Source: Selaginella moellendorffii (taxonomy: Eukaryota; Plantae; Lycopodiophyta). From it: 64,000 nt of DNA. The position numbers were made by a program, and so were the translations under genes. The DNA lies in the NCBI RefSeq assembly GCF_000143415.4, contig NW_003314360.1, positions 13,328-77,327 of the forward strand, in the 5' to 3' direction. The notes below the pieces were generated by a model, which was not told where the DNA came from, made no database searches, and worked only from the letters and a program-made list of their open reading frames with translations. Positions 25,157 through 36,900 of this stretch are shown piece after piece; the stretch's first letter is position 1; the number at the start of each line of letters is the position of its first letter.

Positions 25157-25978
25157 GTGAGTTTTCTGGCGAAATTTTCAGGCAAGCGTTCGGAGCTTCG
25201 TGGATTTTTGAACCAAATGGAGCTGATCTTTGCACTTCAACATTGGCGGTACCCCACTCCCAAGTCTCAAATCGGCACGATTGGGACGTTGCTCGAGGGT
25301 GCAGCTTTGTCATGGTTTTCTCCTCTTCTGGAGAAGAGCATGAAAGGGGTCGTGGTTCCGGAGCTGATGGATCTTCAATTGTTCAAAGAGAAGCTCGAAG
25401 TATGTTTTGGCGAGACGGATCGGGTTCGGGCTGCTACCACAAAGATGAGACGTCTCTCTCAGGGGTCTCGTCCTGCCTCGATCTACGCTGCAGAGTTCCA
25501 ACTCCTTGCCTTGGACACTCAGTGGGATGAGCGGGCCCTGATTGACCAATTTTGTTTCGGCCTCAACAACGGTGTCAAGGATTTGTTGCTCACCATGGAG
25601 GATCCCAAGGACCTGTTGGACGCCATCAACAAAGCTGTTCGATGTGACAATCGTCTCTTTGAACATCGTCAGGAAAGTCGCCGCGCCGCTGTTTTTCTGT
25701 CCCAGACTCAGGAATCCCAGCTTGAGTCTTCGGGGCATAGTCCTGAACCTACTGCTCCGGTCCCAATGGATATTTTTGGTACTCCCCGACTCATTAGAGG
25801 GAAGTTGAGTCCTGCTGAGAAGCAACGTCGAATATCTCATAATCTTTGCCTCTACTGTGCTGATCCTAATCACAAAGCAGCTGTGTGTCCCAAGAAGCCT
25901 CCCCGATTGCTCGAGTTCACTCTGCCTCAAAGTCCACCTCTGTTGCAGTCGGGAAACGACCCTGTCCAAACAGAGTAG
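25157..25978 (+). CDS. Chromovirus Gag (true start probably near ATG 25007, disrupted)
   Basis: Retrotransposon gag domain (LSQGSRPASIYAAEF), PVPMDI and a CCHC knuckle. Confidence 0.85.
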   Translation: MSFLAKFSGKRSELRGFLNQMELIFALQHWRYPTPKSQIGTIGTLLEGAALSWFSPLLEKSMKGVVVPELMDLQLFKEKLEVCFGETDRVRAATTKMRRLSQGSRPASIYAAEFQLLALDTQWDERALIDQFCFGLNNGVKDLLLTMEDPKDLLDAINKAVRCDNRLFEHRQESRRAAVFLSQTQESQLESSGHSPEPTAPVPMDIFGTPRLIRGKLSPAEKQRRISHNLCLYCADPNHKAAVCPKKPPRLLEFTLPQSPPLLQSGNDPVQTE

Positions 25979-26628
25979 GAGCTGTCTGTTTGGACTCCCT
26001 GAATAAAAATCACTTTTCTTCCTTATCAAGCTCCTCACCACCTTTCATCAAAGCCACCACCAATTCCCGCAACTTCTGCGTCCCATGTCTCCTTTCTTTC
26101 ACTGGACAATCAGGACTCAAGGCTTTGGCGCTACTGGACTCGGGTGCAACTTCCTGCTTCATGGACACGGACTTTGCTGCCCGACATCACGTTCCTCTTT
26201 CTCCTACCATACGGGATATGAGGGTTGAAGGCATCGGCGGGTATTTTGTGTCTCCATCTTCTGGACTTAGGGAAACGTTGCCCATTCAAGTACACATTGG
26301 GTCCACCGTCACCGATATCGCCTTCAACATCATCAACAGCAAGTCCTCCTCTGTGGTGCTCGGTCTTCCTTGGTTCCAACTACATCAGCCTCAAATTTGT
26401 TGGAAGGACTTACAACTCATCTCTCCCACATCACCATCTCCCACGGCTTCCCCTGCTGTTCATCAAGTCTGAATCAGGAAAAGTTCCCTAAACTCAAATC
26501 GGGGTTCTGTTCCTGACTCTACGAAGTTTTCACCCTCTTCTTTTTTCTCTCTTCCATCTTACACTGGACAGTATCCTCGTCTCATCATTCCATTTAGTCG
26601 TACACCTCCTCCTATCTCCACAATCACT

Positions 26629-28203
26629 ATGCAAGAACTCCTTCATGAAGAACCTATTTTCCTTTTTGCTTTGCATGTTTTTCCTGTCAGTCTTCCTGAG
26701 AAGTATCATGATTTTGGGGATGTGTTTGACAAGAAAAAAGCTAGTGTACTGCCTGCTCATCGGCCTTATGACTGTCCCATTGATTTACAGGAAGGAGCGT
26801 CGCCTCCGTGGGGGCCTATCTACAGGTTATCCCCGTCCGAGCTTAAGGCCCTCAAAGAGTACGTGGATGAGAACCTTGCCTCAGGGTTCATTCAGCATTC
26901 GCAGTCCCCGGCTGGAGTGCCTGTCTTCTTTATCAAGAAGAAGGATGGGAGTTTGCGGCTAGTCATCGATTACCGAGGTTTGAACAAGGTGACTGTTCGG
27001 AACCGTTATCCGCTGCCCCTGATCTCGGACCTGTTGGAACGCCTCGGCGGTGCCCACTTCTTCACCAAGTTTGACCTCCGTGGCGCATACAACCTGATCC
27101 GGATCCGGCCTGGTGATGAATGGAAGACTGCGTTCCGAACCCGCTATGGCCACTTCGAGTACACTGTCATGCCATTTGGCTTGACAAATGCTCCAGCAGT
27201 TTTCCAACACATGGCGAACAACGTCTTTCGGGAGTTTCTTGATCAGATGGTGATCGTCTACCTCGATGACATCCTCATCTACTCAAGAACTCAGGAGGAG
27301 CACGACGAACATGTACGCAAGGTGTTGACGAAGCTGCGAGAACACGGTCTATACGCGAAGCTTGAGAAATGTTCCTTCGATCAGCAGTCTGTGGAGTTCC
27401 TTGGGTACATTGTCACTCCTGAGGGTATCACGATGGATCCTATCAAAGTCAAGACTATTCTCGAGTGGGAGCCTCCACAATCAATGTCGGACGTTCAGGT
27501 TTTCCTTGGCTTCGCCAACTTCTACCGCAAATTCATTGATCACTACTCTGACATTGTCCTTCCTCTCACGCATCTCACTCGCAAGGATGTTCCCTTTTCT
27601 TGGTCTACTGCTGCCCAGCACGCCTTCGACACTCTCAAGGCAGCCTTCAGTTCTGCTCCCGTTTTGATCCATGCTGATTCCTCACAACCTTTCTTCATCG
27701 AGGCTGACGCCTCCGACTTTGCCATCGGTGCTGTGTTGTCTCAACTCGGAGCGAATCAAGAACTTCATCCGGTCGCTTTCCATTCTCGGAAATTCCAGCC
27801 TGCAGAGATCAATTACGAAATCCATGACAAGGAGCTCCTTGCCATCGTGGATTCCTTTGGAGAGTGGCGCCATTTCTTGGAGGGGGCGGGCCATCAAACA
27901 ACAGTCTGGACGGATCACAAAAATCTCGAGTACTTTGCCACTTCTCGAGTTTTAAGCCGTCGTCAAGCAAGGTGGGCACAATTCTTGAGTCGGTTTGACT
28001 TTGTTATCAAGTACAGACCTGGAAAGCTTCAAGGCCTTCCTGATGCTCTTTCAAGGCGCTCCTATCTCAGTCTCAGGCCTGGTAATCCTGCCTTCGATCA
28101 ACAGGATCAAATTATCCTCGGTCCTGATTGGCTTCAAGTTATGGCAATTTCCCTGGCCCCTCAGGACTCCTCCTTGATGGATGCCATCAGAAACGATCTT
28201 TAA
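26629..28203 (+). CDS. Chromovirus Pol fragment: reverse transcriptase and RNase H
   Basis: KKKDGSLRLVIDYRGLN, MPFGLTNAPAVFQ, VYLDDILIYS, EADASDFAIGAVL, NYEIHDKELLAI. Ends at a premature TAA. Confidence 0.95.
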   Translation: MQELLHEEPIFLFALHVFPVSLPEKYHDFGDVFDKKKASVLPAHRPYDCPIDLQEGASPPWGPIYRLSPSELKALKEYVDENLASGFIQHSQSPAGVPVFFIKKKDGSLRLVIDYRGLNKVTVRNRYPLPLISDLLERLGGAHFFTKFDLRGAYNLIRIRPGDEWKTAFRTRYGHFEYTVMPFGLTNAPAVFQHMANNVFREFLDQMVIVYLDDILIYSRTQEEHDEHVRKVLTKLREHGLYAKLEKCSFDQQSVEFLGYIVTPEGITMDPIKVKTILEWEPPQSMSDVQVFLGFANFYRKFIDHYSDIVLPLTHLTRKDVPFSWSTAAQHAFDTLKAAFSSAPVLIHADSSQPFFIEADASDFAIGAVLSQLGANQELHPVAFHSRKFQPAEINYEIHDKELLAIVDSFGEWRHFLEGAGHQTTVWTDHKNLEYFATSRVLSRRQARWAQFLSRFDFVIKYRPGKLQGLPDALSRRSYLSLRPGNPAFDQQDQIILGPDWLQVMAISLAPQDSSLMDAIRNDL

Positions 28204-29725
28204 TCCGATGATCTTGCCAGCGACATTTTCCCCCATCTTTAGGCTGGACACCCTGTCACTCCCGATTGCCGGCGATTTGACGAGTTCGAGTTCTTAGATG
28301 GCTTATTATACCGTGGGGAGCAGCTTTACGTTCCTGAAGGTGATGCTCGAAGGTTGGTCCTAATGGCGTGCCACGATAGCCCGACTGCTGGTCACTTCGG
28401 CATTGCGAAAACCTATGAGCTAGTTGCACGGGACTTTTGGTGGCCTCACATGGACGACTACATCAAAGCTTTTGTTACCTCCTGTGACACTTGCGCCCGG
28501 AATAAGGTACCTCGCCACCTTCCTTCAGGTTTGCTTCGTTCCCTTCTGGTCCCTTCAGGTCCTTGGGAATCCATCTCCATGGATTTCTTGAGTGATCTTC
28601 CGAGTTCTGGAGGCTTCAACAGCATTTTAGTCATGGTGGATCGCTTCACAAAGATGGCGCACTTCTTGCCATGTACCAAGGAGTTTTCGGGTGAGGACAT
28701 GGCAAAACTGGTATTCAGGGAAATTTTCCGACTTCATGGGATTCCTACAGATGTGGTTTCGGATCGGGGGACCTTAGTTCATCTCTCATTTCTGGTAATG
28801 GTTTTTGCAGCTGCTTGGAGTGAAGGCCAACCTCTCTTCGGCATACCATCCTCAAACTGATGGGCAGTCCGAGCGAACGATTCAGATGTTGGAACAATTC
28901 TTGAGGTGCTTCATCAACTATCATCAGGATAACTGGTTCGATATCCTTCCCCTTGCTGAGTTCTCCTATAACAACTCTGTTCACTCCTCTCTTCGAATTT
29001 CCCCCTTCTTTGCAAACTCTGGCTGAAATCCCCGATTCAATCTCTCACTTCCTTCTCCATCCGAATCCTCTCATTCAAATCCCCGCTCTGAGGCATTTGT
29101 CTCCAACCTCCAAGAAATCCACAACTCCATCTCCTTCCACCTCTATCGTGCTCAGGAATCTCACAAAACATTTGCCAATGTCCATCGTCAGGATTGTCCC
29201 CCTTACAATATCGGGGATAAAGTTTGGCTCCTCAGGCGAAATATCTCCACCACCAGGCCCTGTCCAAAACTTGATTTCAAACGCCTCGGTCCTTTCCCTA
29301 TCACTGCCATCATTAATCCTGTCACTTATCGCCTTGCACTTCCCTCCTCATATCAAATTCACCCTGTTTTTCATTCCTCTCTCCTTGAGCCTTATATTCC
29401 CAGTCCTATTCCCAATCGGGTCATTCCTCCACCTCCACCAGTGCAGCTCGAGGATGGGTCTGAGTACAAGGTTTAGGACATCCTTGATTCCAAGATTTCA
29501 CGGTCTAAACTCTACTATTTGGTCGACTGGAAGGGTTACGGGCCTGAAGAACGCACTTGGGAACCTGCGGACAACCTGATTCATTCTCCTGACCTTGTTC
29601 AGGACTTCCATCGCCGCTATCCTAGTCGTCCCAGTCCTCATTCTTTTTCTCCATCTCCCATCCCTCGCCGCTCATCTCATCCTCCTCGTCGTTCTCATTC
29701 ACATTCTCGTTCCACTCGTTCTTGA
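28204..29725 (+). pseudogene. Chromovirus integrase and chromodomain (frameshifted)
   Basis: HDSPTAGHFG...CDTC zinc finger, SMDFLSDLP, VSDRG, AYHPQTDGQSER, chromodomain, spread over several frames. Confidence 0.9.
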
Positions 29726-32700
29726 GGAGGGGGTGCTGTCAGGAATCCCCCAATTCTTGCCACATTCTTGACTCTCGCCAGATTCCTGACCTGCAGACCA
29801 CATTCCTGATTCTCGAGACACTTCCCTATTCCTGACTCTCGAGACACTTCTCTATTCCTGACTCTCAAGACACTTCCCGATTCCTGAGTCTCGAGCCACA
29901 TTCCTGATATTGATGTGGCGCCTCCTCGACCTCAGCTATATTTAGGCCGTCCTCGATCCAAGAGTGGTGGAGCTTCATCAACCTATAGTATACATAGGTT
30001 AGCCTTGTTCCATTTCTCCACAATCTGAATCAACACTAGTCTAAGGTTTCTTCTTTGTTTTCACTAGCTTTTTTTCTTTGTCTTTAGCATTTTCCAGTCT
30101 TGATCTTGTTGGGGGTCTTGACACTATCACTCTCACTTTTGCTTTGATACACAATAGCAATGCAACTTAGCAATGAGGACAAACTTCATGTGTGTGACTT
30201 GGAGGTTCTTGCCTTAGAAGAACAGCAATGAGCTATGATTGAACATCTCCTTTGAGACAAACAGAAGATCAAGTCAGTCATTAATCACCAGCGATCTACT
30301 GAACCATTCGAGGATGGCGATCTTGTTCTACTGAAGGAGTTCACGCCACCTTTGAAGTTCTCTCCTCACTGGACAAGCCCTTACTTTGTCCAGCAACACA
30401 TTAGAGGTGGAGCATACGTGCTAGTAGATGCAAATAAATGTGAGCTCCCACACACGCTTCATCCGGTGAGGTGTTCCTCTTCTCTTCTTTTTCTTTTGCT
30501 TCCTTTCTTTCACTTTACTTTCATGGCCTCTTTTCTTACTTTCAGAGGGTGTTTCTCCACTAGAACATAGCTCTTGCCTTGGATTTCATGCTCAAGTTGT
30601 GTATGGAAGTTCCTCACTTGGCTTAGTCTATATTCCAAGTTCTTTGGCCCTTCCCTTACCATTACTCTACCCCATACATTCCCCACACCCATTCCATATC
30701 ATCTACATTCACAGATCCATCACCAATCACTCCCAGTAGTGTTGCCCACACTTACCTCTAAATGCTTGTCTTGCATCTTTCATTCTTTCATTATCATCCA
30801 CATCTCTATTTGAGGTCATATTTACACCATACCATGGACATATATACATGCACCAGCAGAAGACACCACCTCATTTAGACGTGCTGTTTTTGAGATATCA
30901 TTATGACTATTTGTCGATGACGTGCTAGCTTTTCTGGAGTGACCTTCTTCTAACCAGGTGAACTTGTTCACTCAAGGCACCTAGGTGGATCTTTAGGCAT
31001 AGAAGCTGAAGCCACTTTCTCCTGCTCTAGCACTCAGTGGACACATGTCACCTCTCTTTACTGGCAATCTAGCGACTATGCCATCCTTTTTAGTTGTGGT
31101 TTTCTTCAATCTGACACATTAGACCATAGGCCTAACACTTTAAGAAATGGCCACCTTCTCAGAGTGCCACCACCATCTCGGTACTCTTTACCTCTCTTTT
31201 ATTCTCGATTTTAGCCAATCCTTGGAGCATACTGAAGTCATCATGTGACTGTATTTGCATATTACACTTTTCTGAGCTAAAATCCAGGTAGGGTTAAGTT
31301 CTTTGGGTACTCACTTTTTTTCCTCTATTTTTCTTCTTTTTTAACACTTTTATGCACTTTTTCTTTTACATTAGGGTCTAGTTACTGGGCTTTCCTCCCT
31401 ATCTTCAAATTTTGCACTTACCTCTTTTCTTTCTTTTTCCACATTGCTTTTTAAAGTTTCTACTATTTCACATAGTTACCAGCACTTGGCATCAGTAGCA
31501 GAGGTACACTCTACACTCTTCAGAGGGTTCTGGCATATCTGAAGTCAGCGTGATCCACCATAGTTGCATGTTAGGGCATGGCCACTTAGAAAGTATGTAT
31601 GAGAGAGAGGGAATATTATGATTATGATCCTTAGAATATTCCCCATCTTCTTTGTATAAAACCCTTGCCCCATAAGGGCAAAATAGGAGGGGGGAACATT
31701 TATGAAGAGCTTTGGAACATTGCTAAGGAAACAACTTTAGAAAAAAGTTCACAGTATTCACAATTTGTGAGAAATGCACCAACTTAAATGAGTTAGAAGC
31801 AACCTCTTTCTCTAACGCAAATGTGCTATCAACTCAAATAACTTTCAGCCATCGTTGATACTAAAGGCTCTCTCATCAAACAATTGCTCATTTTCCAGTT
31901 GGCTTAAGGGGAGAGAGATAAGGTGTGCTACATGTGGTATCGGAGCAAGAAATGACCAACGGAGTTAACCACCCTTGCTACTCTAGGTATTACCTAGCTT
32001 ATAAAAGTGTGATATACCCCTACCCACAGGGATATAGAGAGAAAAGCCAGAGGCCCAACCCTCACGAGCAAAGAAACCAAACCCGTTGGTAAGGTTTAGA
32101 TAGATTATTATAAATAAATAGTTAAAATTATTTACACGGTCACGCCCTTTTAATAAAATAAGGAATATCAAGAGAGAGGCAGGTGATATGACAGTCAATA
32201 GTAACTACCCCATGACTAAAGATTTCACTATGTACACGTAGTGTCAAAGATAGTTTATCTATACTGGCCCAAACAGAAAGATCAAGAGATAAGCTCTATT
32301 TCGTTAAAGTGGGATTTATTCAGTAAAATGGGACTAGGTACAAATTTTCAAGTATTTGAAAATGACGTGAAATTATATGTTTTTTATCTAGGGGCTAGAC
32401 ATATCTGGGTCATGGTGACTAGCGCGGTGACTTTATGTCCAGACTGAGTCCATCTGGTTGTATAATAAATCTCATTGTCAAGGTGAACAAGCCGAATCTG
32501 AAGCTAAAGAAGAGCGATGGCATGCGCGCACACACTATTTGTTTGTTCATTGAGCGTGTGGTGAGCTTTCCAAGATGAACGTCATTCCTATTAGCCAGAC
32601 ATATAACTTAATGGTGAGAACATTTAGATATTATTCAATGTTATCTTTTTCTAACGAATCTAATTGTGAAGGTGTAGCAAGAGGCATTGCTAGTCTAGAG

Positions 32701-33919
32701 AAGTCATTTAACTCATTTGACCCTTGAAATTTTCATGAAACAAAATAATATTCATATTATTAAGGAATTTCTCTAGTACCTTTTTTTTACGACATAGAGG
32801 CTTGCATTTCTTTCAAAGGTGATTTAGTAAAAGGCCTGAGGGCACATGCCATTCTATTTCTCAGACCGGTATTAAGATATACTAGTGCAAAGGGAAAAAG
32901 GTATTTGGTGATCAAGTAAATGGCATGAGGGCACACGCCATTATAAGCCTAAGCGCTAGTGGACACCTCCTTTTTGGTACTCTCAGCGGTACTATCATCC
33001 TTCTCCGGGTCAGTTGTTTTGCTTTGGATTGTTGTCTCTGACGTTACTGGGGCGTTCTCGATAGTTGTTAATGTTGCGGTTTGTTCAGAAAAATGATCAC
33101 ATGGAGTATAGTACGGGGAGTTTGGAAGACTTATATATTCTACATCTTCACCTATCTCCTTCTCCGTCTCCTTTTCTGCCTCACTTACAGATTTTGTGCT
33201 TGCCATGAGAACGCTCTTCACCCTAAAATATGGAGTTCGTTGTGTTATAAAAGGAAACCAACACACACGCTGCAAGGGAATGATGGTACATAAAGCACGT
33301 AAGCCCACAATATGGGTTTATGTGCCATTAATATGGGCCACACGCCATATTATTAGATTTATGCACGTGTGATTGGTAAATGCATATGTCACATCATCTT
33401 TGTTTTACCTCACACACTATATCAGGCCTAATGAACCATATCACATGTGCGCACATGCTATATATATGGAGAAGTATTATGCAAGGATAGAAAAATTCAA
33501 TGCATGATTGTGGAGAGCAATGGCATGAAGCCACATGCTAAATAACATTTTAGAGAAAGAATTAAAATAAAAACATGCAAACAGTACTGAGTGGACCAAG
33601 ACTTAGAAGTGCACAATTGAATGAGGTATTTCTAATAAATATTTCACTCACCTCATATAGGAATGGCTACCACTCTTAAATGGCGTATCGCCTCATGCCA
33701 TCACCTCGCAATTTGTTATAACAATCCGATGAATTCATATTCGGCTTGTTCATCTTGAACTTTAAGTAAGATTTGCTAGAACAACTAAGAATTTATACTT
33801 GTTCTTTGTATCATCTCACCTAGGAATGGCGTAAGGCCACATGCCATCACGCCTCCTCTGATTCAGATTCGGATTGTTCACCTTGAAATAAAATACATTA
33901 GAAACTTAGTAAAGGAATA

Positions 33920-36900
33920 TTAATGAATCTCACCTTGAACCTGGGTTATGAATGCTCTTGCTGCATCTCTTGCATGGTCTGGCAAGGTGATGGTGGCACT
34001 CTGCTTCCGCATCCAACCATGCACAACATTATCCACCGATATGCTCATGCTGGGATCCCTTGGATTCAGCACCCATCTCTTTTCTAGGCAATCCTTCGTA
34101 TATCCGGAACTTGGCTTGAACCACTCCACAGTTACATTGAAGGAGTTAGTTTCCGCGTCCTCCTCTGCATCAGTGATGCAGCGCCCCACCCATATCATTT
34201 GTTTTTTATTACTGGGTCTGACAAGCACGACCATTCCTTTGCAGACCTGTACTGGATTGAATGCTGAATCCGGCTTCTTGTTCCTCGGCCCACAATAGTG
34301 ATCCTCAACATCGTTATCTGTCACTGCATTTCCAAAGGACATTGTTCCGCTACTATCTGGTGCTCTGGGTTCTGGCCGAAAGGACTCTTCCAATTCTTCA
34401 TATACAACTGGCCCATTTTGGATAGCAGATATAATCTTCTCCCAGTATTCGAGCAAAGGCTTGCACCTCTGAAAATAGGATTCTCCACCAAACACCAACG
34501 CCCTCTTCCAAAAGGCAATATGCTGTCTAATCCCGGCCACTATACTTTCCTGGTCTTTGAGTCCATCCGGGTGCATCGGCTGTGGGGAACCCTGAGGAAT
34601 CATAGGTTCCCCAGTTATGGGATCTCTCTTGAAGAGTTCAATGCCGTCCACTAGCAGCCACACTGTGTCCCATTCTCTCATCTTGTACCTCATCACTGGA
34701 GCACCGTCACACATGCTGAAATGAAACTAAAGAGGCTTGGAGTGGCCAATCAGCGTTTCGGATCCGTCCCTGATGTAGCCTCTTACAAACCCCTTAAAGT
34801 CTGGAACCTCTGTCAGAAGTGCAGCTTCAACAGTGCCTTTGATGCAATTTTGGAATTCATCGTAGAGTTGTGGGAGGGTGAGGACATTGGATCGCCGGAG
34901 GGACACTGCCAGGTGACTGAACATGGCATCGACGTCTTCATGAGTGTGCCCAACTATGAGAAAGCCAAGTGTAACCGTTTCAAATATGCCTTTGGCAACA
35001 AGCATCGCCAAGTATGCGAAGACGTACATGTTTTTGTTCTCACTGCCAGCATTGTCTGTTTGGAGCAGAAGATGGGGTGGAAGGCCACATCGGCCGCAAG
35101 AACTTCCTTGAGATTCTGCTTCGTTTGGATGAGGCTGTGCATTCACCGGGCGACCAGCCTCGTCGGAATGGCATGAGGCCTCACGTGATAACCCTACAAT
35201 CTGACGGCCAACATATTCACTGGGATGGCATGGGGCCCCACGCGATACTGCAAGCCTTTGCTCCTCCTCAAGCTGAACCCTGTATGGGGTTCGATCGACA
35301 AGGGCCTTATGCAAGGGTTGGCCGTTCAGCTCAGTCTGCGCACTTTGCAGAGACCTTAAGTGTTTTGCTAGGGACGCAATCATCATGTTTGCACCCCCGC
35401 CACCCCATAGAGGTACAAAGAAGTTCCCATAGTTCTGGGCACCATGCCCATGAGCGATTATGCCAAACAGAGACACAGGCAGCTGCATGGATGAAGAGAT
35501 TGCCTTGGGGGCAGGATTGAGTCGAGGTAAGCACGTCTTTTTCTGGTCCATTTTGTCGTGGATGATGCAGAGGTAAGAGTCAGGTCTCTCCATGGAGAGA
35601 ATCCTGTTATGATAATATGCAGTCCTGCAGCTTCTCTGCTCAATGTTGTGGTCGAGCCGCCTTCTAACCAACGTCTCTCGCTCTTGAGCGCTGCAAGAAT
35701 TCTTCGACAAAGCCATTTTGATAGCAGTGCACTCGTCACACTTTGAAAAGCTGGAGTACTTTCCTATACTCACATCCTGAACCTGTTGCTCCACAATCTA
35801 CTAAATCTAGATTGGCTCAGCTTCCTGTAGCCATTACTCTGGAGTTCCCGATTCACATCTTCCAATATGGCCCCCTTGGTATACATGGAAGGGAGAACTC
35901 GTTAGGTGTCTCGTGTTCCATCTTCCAAGAGGCGGGTTTTATGTGGTTGCTGCTCGCTACATGTCTCGACAAACCTCTTGAAGATTGCCTCTCCATATAC
36001 AACATGACCCCTGGTTTTGTGCGTACTGTCGTTCCCATGGACTGCCTGTTGAACCCTGTAAGCGACTAAATTTTCCATTCTACTTTAGTCACTTAACCAC
36101 ACCTCCGACCACTTGGAGGTGTCTCATTCACAACCTCCATAAGTCCAATCCAGGACTTGGGACTTGCTAGCCCCAAGAATGGCATCCATGCCACTCAACA
36201 TTTGCACTTGGTCCAAGTGCTCCACGTGTCCGATCCCATGACCGACACTCAAAGGTACCACTGACATAGCAGCCCGTTACGCTAAGGCCATGCCCAATCA
36301 CCTTTGCCACACTAGTAGTCCAATACCACTTGCATCACAGTCTTGGCTCTCCAAGACTAGGCAAACCATCCGTGAGTGGTCATCTCAGATCCACTCCTTA
36401 GCATCCTTAGGATGCCCACCGACAAGGGGAATAGCCTTCCCCAATATCCCTCTGTCAGTCCCCACTAAGTCCCTTTCTGCCCTTGGCCGTGTTTGCCAAC
36501 ACTGCCACTGGATCGAGACCCACAGGCCCAACCACTAAGTCCCACGGTCCTCTGGGACTTCCTCACCACACGACTGTGTCCTTGGTCGCTACCCTAGAGG
36601 ACTGCTCCTCTTCCTTTCCACAGTCTAGGCCTTTGGGACAACATTTCGGAACACTGTGGCCTTACGCGAGCCACCTGGGTACTCTCCTCGCCTTCTGCCC
36701 TTGGGTGCTCTAGCCATGGGCTTAGAGCGAAGTTCCGTTGAGCCACGCCTGGTATCCAAGTAGGTAGTGCCACCCACACTTGGACTGGGAGCATCGGCCA
36801 GTCGATCTCCCGGGGGAACTAGAGCCGGCTCTTGAACACTTCACCAAGCTACCCAGCTTGTCGGTCCGTATTCACTCTAGTCTTGGACTTCCCAGTGGTC

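Larger units (their letters stand above)
24505..30123 (+). mobile_element. Full-length chromodomain Ty3/Gypsy retrotransposon (Tcn1/Tf1-sushi-like chromovirus), mildly decayed
   Basis: LTRs 24505-24909 and 29737-30123; TSD CCATC/CTATC; PPT GAGGAGGGGGTGC; gag with CLYCADPNHKAAVC; protease LLDSGAT; RT YLDD; RNase H; integrase; chromodomain LVDWKGYGPEERTWEP. Confidence 0.96.
15242..31700 (+). mobile_element. Old non-chromovirus Gypsy (Athila/Tat-like, family Z) pol and 3' region, host of two nested insertions
   Basis: RT end at 15242-15497; RNase H (IYYASHSFKETEKKY) and integrase (DYFMKWVEAIP, SNSYYPECNSNVESSNK) at 23193-24504; resumes at 30129; PPT-like AGGAGGGGGGAA near 31685. Many stops. Confidence 0.8.

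Noticed and set aside
31935-31946. PBS-like TGGTATCGGAGC
   Set aside because: Probably marks another LTR remnant, but I could not define a matching LTR or coding region.
32949-33308. 119-aa ORF near the end of transposon copy A as a third gene
   Set aside because: Low complexity, no recognisable motif, and no second copy in the window to test conservation.
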